The position numbers and the translations under genes are program-made. 64,000 bases of DNA from Actinomycetota bacterium (lineage in GTDB: Bacteria > Actinomycetota > Actinomycetes > Nanopelagicales > Nanopelagicaceae): positions 7,018 to 71,017 of the forward strand of contig JBJONC010000002.1 of NCBI GenBank assembly GCA_046052005.1, written 5' to 3'. This document shows positions 58,300 to 64,000 of the stretch, in pieces (the first letter of the stretch is position 1; each line of letters begins with the position of its first letter). A model generated the notes under the pieces. The model was given only the letters and a program-made list of their open reading frames with translations, did not search any database and was not told the origin of the DNA.

Positions 58300-59928
58300 A
58301 TGCGCGTAATCATTATCGGAGGCGTTGCTGGTGGAATGTCTGCTGCTACCCGTTTGCGTCGACTAGATGAATCGGCAGAGATTATTGTTCTTGAAAAAAG
58401 TGGCCATGTTTCGTATGCGAACTGTGGCTTGCCATATTACGTAGGTGGTGTCATTGCGGAGGAAAAGGATCTACTTCTTCAGACTCCTGCAAGCCTGCAT
58501 GCTCGTTTTCGTTTAGATGTCCGAGTTAGTACTGAAGTTCTTGCAATTAACCCAAGTAAAAAGGTTGTCGCGATAAAAGACTTAATCACTGGGCAAACCG
58601 ATGAACTTGATTATGACAAATTGATTTTAAGTCCTGGTGCATCACCAGTTGTCCCACCTATTCCAGGCATTGAACGCGGAATGACTTTGCGTACCGTGGA
58701 AGATGTAGAAAAAATCGCTGCAAGCGTTGGTAAGCAACCATCAAGCGCGGTTGTAATTGGTGGCGGCTTTATCGGAGTAGAGATTGCTGAAAATCTTGTT
58801 CATCGCAAAATTCCAACCGCACTAGTCGAAGCAACCGATCAAGTGTTGATGCCATTAGATCCTGAACTCGCAACTTTGGTTTCAAAAGAGATGCGTTCGC
58901 ACGGAGTTGATCTTCGCCTTGGTTCAAGCGTTGTGAAAATATCTGCTGACTCTGTTGAGTTGGCAAATGGCGATGTATTACCCGCCGAGATTGTTATTTT
59001 GGCAATTGGAGTTCGACCAGAAATCGGTTTGGCGAAGGCTGCGGGTCTTGAGATTGGCACACGCAATGGCATCAAGGTCGACGACTTTAATCGCACCAGT
59101 ACCCCTGATATTTACGCGGTGGGAGATGCGGCTGAAAAGACCGATGCACTTGATGGAAATGCAACGCTGGTGCCACTGGCAAATCTTGCAAATCGCCATG
59201 GTCGCGTTGTTGCTGATCACATCTGTGGCTTATCGGTTCGTCCAGTAAAGACAATTGGTACAGCGATCGTAAAGGTATTTGATTTAATGATTGCTACAAC
59301 TGGTTGGAATGAAAAGCGCCTTACAGCTGCAAATATTCCTCATCAAGCGATTCATATTCATCCAAACTCACATGCTGGCTACTACCCAGATGCAAAGCAA
59401 ATGACCTTAAAGCTGATCTTTGATCCCAAGTCAGGTGAAATTCTTGGAGCTCAAGGTGTTGGAATTGAGGGAGTAGATAAGCGAATCGATGTCATCGCTA
59501 CTGCAATTCGTGGAGGAATCACCGCACCAGAGCTTGCGGATCTAGAACTTGCATACGCACCACCTTTTGGTTCAGCCAAAGATCCAGTCAACATGTTGGG
59601 TTATGTCGCAGAGAATGTTTTGTCAGGGGTTTCAAAAGTAGCTCAGTGGCATGAAATCGATGCATACCGCGAAAAGGGATATCAACTTGTAGATGTTCGT
59701 TCTGAATCTGAATGCGGGAGAGGAATTATTCCTGGTGCAATAAATATCCCAGTGGATGAAATTCGAGATCGCTACAAGGAATTAGCAAACAAAAATCTTC
59801 TTGTTAATTGCCAAGTTGGATTGCGCGGACACACGGGTTCGATGTTGTTAAAGGAGCTTGGCTTTAATCCAGTAAACCTAGATGGCGGCTACTTAACGTG
59901 GATCAATTCACCATCAGCAACTAATTAA
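58300..59928 (+). CDS. CoA-disulfide/persulfide reductase with C-terminal rhodanese domain (CoADR-RHD)
   Basis: GGVAGG, SYANCGLPYY, GGGFIG, LAYAPPF; rhodanese DVR...NCQVGLRG...LDGG. Confidence 0.92.
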   Translation: MRVIIIGGVAGGMSAATRLRRLDESAEIIVLEKSGHVSYANCGLPYYVGGVIAEEKDLLLQTPASLHARFRLDVRVSTEVLAINPSKKVVAIKDLITGQTDELDYDKLILSPGASPVVPPIPGIERGMTLRTVEDVEKIAASVGKQPSSAVVIGGGFIGVEIAENLVHRKIPTALVEATDQVLMPLDPELATLVSKEMRSHGVDLRLGSSVVKISADSVELANGDVLPAEIVILAIGVRPEIGLAKAAGLEIGTRNGIKVDDFNRTSTPDIYAVGDAAEKTDALDGNATLVPLANLANRHGRVVADHICGLSVRPVKTIGTAIVKVFDLMIATTGWNEKRLTAANIPHQAIHIHPNSHAGYYPDAKQMTLKLIFDPKSGEILGAQGVGIEGVDKRIDVIATAIRGGITAPELADLELAYAPPFGSAKDPVNMLGYVAENVLSGVSKVAQWHEIDAYREKGYQLVDVRSESECGRGIIPGAINIPVDEIRDRYKELANKNLLVNCQVGLRGHTGSMLLKELGFNPVNLDGGYLTWINSPSATN

Positions 59929-59954
59929 TTTCAATCAAAAAGAAAAGAGAAAAA

Positions 59955-60119
59955 ATGTGCAGCAGAACAACTTGTCGTAAATGTGGAAAGCCATCATGGT
60001 CTGGATGTGGCCAGCATGTTGAGATCGCTCTCAAGGGTGTAGCAAAGAAAGATCGCTGCCAAGGGCATGCAAATGACCCCAAAGAACCAGGCTTTTTCAG
60101 CAAGCTTTTTGGCAAGTAG
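59955..60119 (+). CDS. Cys-rich microprotein (54 aa), paralog of 57894-58007
   Basis: MCSRTTCRKCGKPSWSGCGQHVEIALKGVAKKDRCQGHANDPKEPGFFSKLFGK*; purine-rich upstream region. Confidence 0.85.
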   Translation: MCSRTTCRKCGKPSWSGCGQHVEIALKGVAKKDRCQGHANDPKEPGFFSKLFGK

Positions 60120-60313
60120 TCCATCTGCTGAGATGTCCACATTTTGGTGACATTTCGGGGCTTTATTGCATGGTTTCAGGCGTAAACGTGACCTTTTTGT
60201 TACCTGTACTTCCTATTAATTAAGCCTGCCCAGGCGTACATTTCATGGAGTCCAAGGGATTTGACCCCTCAAAACCCAATGACCTTCGAAGGCTCAATTA
60301 ATAGAAAAGGACG

Positions 60314-61633
60314 ATGATGTCAGATCTAAATAATGGCATTTCCCGCCGCTCAGTACTCAAGGGTGCTGCAGTTGGTGGTTTAGGAATCGCAGCAGGTGGA
60401 TCACTACTTGCAGGATGCGGTGACAAGGCTACTGGTCCACTTGCATACGGAGCTCGCTCTGTAGATGCAGGCCCAACAGCACAAAACGAAGCTTTAATTG
60501 CTGCGTACACAGCGAAGACAGGCAACGAAGTTAAGTACAACGCAACTGAGTCAAACGCATTCCAGAACAACCTCTCACAGTACCTACAGGGAACACCTGA
60601 CGATACTTTTGAGTGGATGGCTGGATATCGCATGCAGTTCTTCGCAGAGCAGGGTCTGCTTGCAGATCTAACTGGCGTATGGGACGCAATTGGCGATCAG
60701 TATGACGAGAGCTACAAGATCGCTTCAACAGGTCTTGATGGCAAGCAGTACTTCGTTCCAAAGTCTTGGTACCCATGGGGTCTTCACTTCCGTAAGTCAA
60801 TGTTTGCTGACTTGGGATTGAATGCTGACAACGTAACAAACTGGGATGAATACCTAAAGATGCTTGATGGCATGAAGAAGAAGGGTCTTGTTGGTTTCGC
60901 TGCCGGAGATAAGGGCGGCTGGGAAGCAATGGGAACATTCGACATTCTTAATGCTCGTATCAATGGTTACCAGTTCCACGTTGACCTACTTGCTGGCCGC
61001 GAAAAGTGGACAGATGCAAAGGTCACAGAAGTATTTAGTCACTGGGAGCAGTTGATCCCTTACATGAATCCAAACGTTCTAGATCTCGAGTGGGATGGAG
61101 CTATGCAGCTTCTTCTACAGAAGAAGGCTGGATCAATGCTTATGGGTTCATGGTTCGGTGGAAACTTCAAGGAGCAGTCAGAAGCTGATTACGCTGACCT
61201 CTCAATCATGCCTTTCCCAGAAATTAACCCAGAGCATGGCCGCGACACAGTTGATGCACCAATCGATGGTTGGTGTGTAGCTGCAAACGGTACAAACAAT
61301 GATGGCGGAGCAGACTTCTTGAAGTTTGCTGGCGACATGGAAGGTGTAAACGCAACTCTTGCTGCGAAGGATGCAAACGGAGCACTTATTCCGATGACAT
61401 CTGCAAACAAGGGCCAGGACACATCTACATACGATGCTTTCCAGAAGGAACAGCTTGCTGTTATGGCTGAAGCAAAGTACATCACTCAGTTCCTTGACCG
61501 CGATACTCGTCCAGACTTTGCAGGCCCAGTTGTTGGTCCAGCAATCCAGTCTTGGTTCAAGAATCCAAAGGACGTTGCAAAGATCCAAGATACTTTGCAG
61601 TCACAGTGGGATGCACTTCCTCCTCTAGCTTAA
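60314..61633 (+). CDS. Carbohydrate ABC substrate-binding lipoprotein, Tat-exported
   Basis: SRRSVLK twin-arginine motif, LAGC lipobox, DGKQYFVP, QFLDRD. Confidence 0.9.
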   Translation: MMSDLNNGISRRSVLKGAAVGGLGIAAGGSLLAGCGDKATGPLAYGARSVDAGPTAQNEALIAAYTAKTGNEVKYNATESNAFQNNLSQYLQGTPDDTFEWMAGYRMQFFAEQGLLADLTGVWDAIGDQYDESYKIASTGLDGKQYFVPKSWYPWGLHFRKSMFADLGLNADNVTNWDEYLKMLDGMKKKGLVGFAAGDKGGWEAMGTFDILNARINGYQFHVDLLAGREKWTDAKVTEVFSHWEQLIPYMNPNVLDLEWDGAMQLLLQKKAGSMLMGSWFGGNFKEQSEADYADLSIMPFPEINPEHGRDTVDAPIDGWCVAANGTNNDGGADFLKFAGDMEGVNATLAAKDANGALIPMTSANKGQDTSTYDAFQKEQLAVMAEAKYITQFLDRDTRPDFAGPVVGPAIQSWFKNPKDVAKIQDTLQSQWDALPPLA

Positions 61634-61690
61634 TTTTAATTAATTCATTTTAATTAACAATTCAGTTCAATTAGAGATAGGGTTACAAGT

Positions 61691-62605
61691 ATGAGCTCGA
61701 CGGCGAAAGACAGCAGTAAGGTCTCTCGCCGTCGAGCCTTTTCCAAGGCAGATCGCACAACTCTTAGTGCATTCGTAGGTATTCCGCTTTTCTTCCACCT
61801 TCTACTTGTGTGGATTCCAGCACTTCTAACAATTCTTCTTTCATTCACATATTGGTCTGGTATTTCGATCAGCCGTATCAAGTGGGCAGGTCTTGCTAAC
61901 TACAAGAATATTTTCTTTGACACTCCAGCTTTTTGGGAAGCCTTAAAGAACAACGTTATTTGGCTAGGTTGGTTTGGATTAATTGCAACTCCACTAGGAA
62001 TTTTGCTTGCGTACCAAATTGATCGCCAGATCCGCGGACACAAGTTTTATGAAACTGCGTACTACTTACCCGTTGTACTTTCATTAGCGGTTACCGGAAT
62101 TATCTGGAACTTCTTGTTGCGTCCAGATGGTTTTGTTAATGGATTAATGGGCCGTGATATCGATAACGCGATCTCGTTTTTCGGCAATTACGACATCAAC
62201 ATTTATGTCATTTTGACCATCGCCTCATGGCGACATATTGGCTACATCATGCTCTTGTATTTAGCTGGCCTTAAGTCAGTTGATGCCGCGCTCCGCGAGG
62301 CATCAGCGCTAGATGGCGCGACTGAGTGGCAGACCTTTAAGAAGGTCATTTTCCCTTCAATGAAGCCTGTAAACATTATTGTTATCGTGATTACGATCAT
62401 CGAATCCTTGCGCGCATTCGACATTGTTTACATTATTTATGGCTCATCCGCGGGCTTCCCAATCCTGGGTACCCTGGTTTTCCAGAACATCGCTGGTGAA
62501 GGAGCATCCATGAAGGGTGCGGCATACGCAGTAATTCTCTTTGCACTTTCAATCGGCCCAATCATTGCGTACCTACGCACAACCTTTAAGAGTGATGTCC
62601 AATGA
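61691..62605 (+). CDS. Carbohydrate ABC permease (MalF-like)
   Basis: WAGLANY, LREASALDGA, LRAFD. Confidence 0.93.
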   Translation: MSSTAKDSSKVSRRRAFSKADRTTLSAFVGIPLFFHLLLVWIPALLTILLSFTYWSGISISRIKWAGLANYKNIFFDTPAFWEALKNNVIWLGWFGLIATPLGILLAYQIDRQIRGHKFYETAYYLPVVLSLAVTGIIWNFLLRPDGFVNGLMGRDIDNAISFFGNYDINIYVILTIASWRHIGYIMLLYLAGLKSVDAALREASALDGATEWQTFKKVIFPSMKPVNIIVIVITIIESLRAFDIVYIIYGSSAGFPILGTLVFQNIAGEGASMKGAAYAVILFALSIGPIIAYLRTTFKSDVQ

Positions 62606-63498
62606 GCGTAGATCTAGAACTCGCACAAGCCGCTGCTAAGTACAAGAACAAGCAGAAGGTTAAGGATCGCTTCATCTCCTTATTCATCGGAATCTTTGCA
62701 CTTGTATGGATCTTCCCAATTGCGTGGACCATCTGGACTTCATTACGTCCTTATAAGGATGTTCGTGCAAATGGTTTGTTCTCGGTGCCAAAGACTTTGA
62801 ACTTGGATAACTACACCGAAGCTATCTCGCGTATGGATTTGCCTCTGTACTTTTGGAACACCGCAGCAATCACAATTCCAGCTGTATTCCTAACTCTATT
62901 TTTTGGCTCACTCATTGCATTCGTAGTTAGCCGTTACTCATTTAAGTGGAATGTTTCACTGTTGTTACTTTTCACTGCAGGAAACCTTCTTCCAGCACAG
63001 CTTGTGTTTATTCCAGTGTTCAAGATGTACATCACTTTGGGTAAAGCTGTTGGAATGCCACGCATTTTGTATGACTCACCATGGGGTGTAGTTCTTATTC
63101 ACGTTGCATTCCAGATGGGCTTTGCGACATTTGTTCTTTCAAGTTACATGAAGACTGTTCCAAAAGAGATCAGCGAGTCAGCCATGGTTGATGGCGCGAG
63201 CGTTTTCACTCACTACACAAAGGTGATGTTGCCTTTGCTGCGTCCAGCGCTGGCTTCACTCGGTGTTCTCATGACAACGTGGATTTACAACGATTTCTTC
63301 TGGGCACTTGTTCTCATGTCCTCGGATTCAAAGCGCCCAATTACATCAGCGCTGGGTCGACTTCAGGGCGAATTCGTTACGGATTACAACCTCTTGGCGG
63401 CAGGTGCGACAATCGCAGCCCTGCCTACTTTGATCGTCTTCTTTGTACTGCGTAAGCAGTTTGTATCAGGCTTAACCCTCGGCTCTACAAAAGGATAA
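62602..63498 (+). CDS. Carbohydrate ABC permease (MalG-like)
   Basis: ESAMVDGA, YNDFFWAL, FVSGLTLGSTKG. Confidence 0.93.
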   Translation: MSVDLELAQAAAKYKNKQKVKDRFISLFIGIFALVWIFPIAWTIWTSLRPYKDVRANGLFSVPKTLNLDNYTEAISRMDLPLYFWNTAAITIPAVFLTLFFGSLIAFVVSRYSFKWNVSLLLLFTAGNLLPAQLVFIPVFKMYITLGKAVGMPRILYDSPWGVVLIHVAFQMGFATFVLSSYMKTVPKEISESAMVDGASVFTHYTKVMLPLLRPALASLGVLMTTWIYNDFFWALVLMSSDSKRPITSALGRLQGEFVTDYNLLAAGATIAALPTLIVFFVLRKQFVSGLTLGSTKG

Positions 63499-63502
63499 GA
63501 AA

Positions 63503-64000
63503 ATGAAAGCAATTCAGATCACCGAATTTGGTGGTCCAGATGTCATGCACCTTGTAGACCTAGAAGATCCTAAAGCTCCCGAAGGTTTTGAACTCATTGA
63601 AGTCTCTGCAATCGGAATTAACTATGCAGACACACACCAAACAGAGAACTCATACCTTTCAGCACAGAAGCTTCCGTTAGTACCCGGAATTGAAGTTGTT
63701 GGTAAGACATCAAAGGGTCTTCGCGTTTTAGCGCCGGTTGATGGCGGGGGATATGCACAAAAAGCAATTACCCATTCTTCAACAATGATTCCAATTCCTG
63801 ATGGTGTTTCAGATGAGCAGGCATTGTGCATGTTGGTTCAAGGTTCGACTGCATGGCACATTTTGAAAACCGTTGGGCACTTGCAGCCAGGAGAAACAGT
63901 TGTTGTCCATGCAGCTGCTGGCGGCGTTGGAACAATAGCTATTCAATTAGCAAAGATGTGGGGAGCAAAGGTAATTGCAGTTGCATCCTCTGAAGGAAAG
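63503..64000 (+). CDS. NADPH:quinone oxidoreductase (MDR family), 5' partial
   Basis: Manual translation MKAIQITEFGGPDVM...IGINYAD...VPGIEVVG...VHAAAGGVGTIAIQLAK; runs off the window end. Confidence 0.9.
   Translation, partial: MKAIQITEFGGPDVMHLVDLEDPKAPEGFELIEVSAIGINYADTHQTENSYLSAQKLPLVPGIEVVGKTSKGLRVLAPVDGGGYAQKAITHSSTMIPIPDGVSDEQALCMLVQGSTAWHILKTVGHLQPGETVVVHAAAGGVGTIAIQLAKMWGAKVIAVASSEGK

Noticed and set aside
59921-60142. 73-aa minus-strand ORF
   Set aside because: Antisense shadow of the plus-strand Cys-rich microprotein, which has paralog support
90-63831. Numerous 60-220 aa ORFs antisense to or nested in the called genes (e.g. 2218-2841, 9615-10286, 29729-30394, 44714-45253)
   Set aside because: Shadow frames of well-supported genes, with no recognisable motifs
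41140-64000. Integrative element or prophage at tRNA-Tyr
   Set aside because: No integrase, transposase, phage gene or duplicated tRNA 3' end seen by eye within the window
1-64000. CRISPR array or tandem repeat array
   Set aside because: No regularly spaced direct repeats seen; intergenic spacers are too short to hold one

Overview
This window looks like chromosomal DNA from a streamlined, moderate-GC actinobacterium. Gene content, very short intergenic spacers and many apparently leaderless genes suggest the freshwater acI lineage (Ca. Planktophila/Nanopelagicales); that assignment is inference. Bases 1-41 kb are core genome: partial radA, proC, ribosomal protein bS22, an XPB helicase block, system II cytochrome c maturation, menaquinone genes menAEBCDFG, a full nuoA-N operon, polyprenyl synthase, rarD, yajQ and tRNA-Tyr(GTA). 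The hem genes usually found at this locus are absent. After the tRNA comes a ~19 kb sulfur-themed accessory region. It starts with a SAM-IV riboswitch leading an amino-acid ABC importer. Next is a mosaic sulfoquinovose (SQ) sulfoglycolysis cluster: fucose-isomerase-family isomerase, ABC importer, GntR/FadR regulator, YihV-like kinase, YihT-like aldolase and a candidate NAD-dependent sulfoquinovosidase. This is joined to a sulfolactate desulfonation operon (suyAB, slcC, comC, sulfite exporter), and both halves carry the same FadR-type operator motif. A CstR-like/CoA-persulfide reductase module follows, flanked by two unannotated paralogous Cys-rich microproteins. The window ends with a second sugar ABC importer and a partial quinone oxidoreductase. 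Family assignments come from recognised motifs and remembered reference sequences; no database searches were run.
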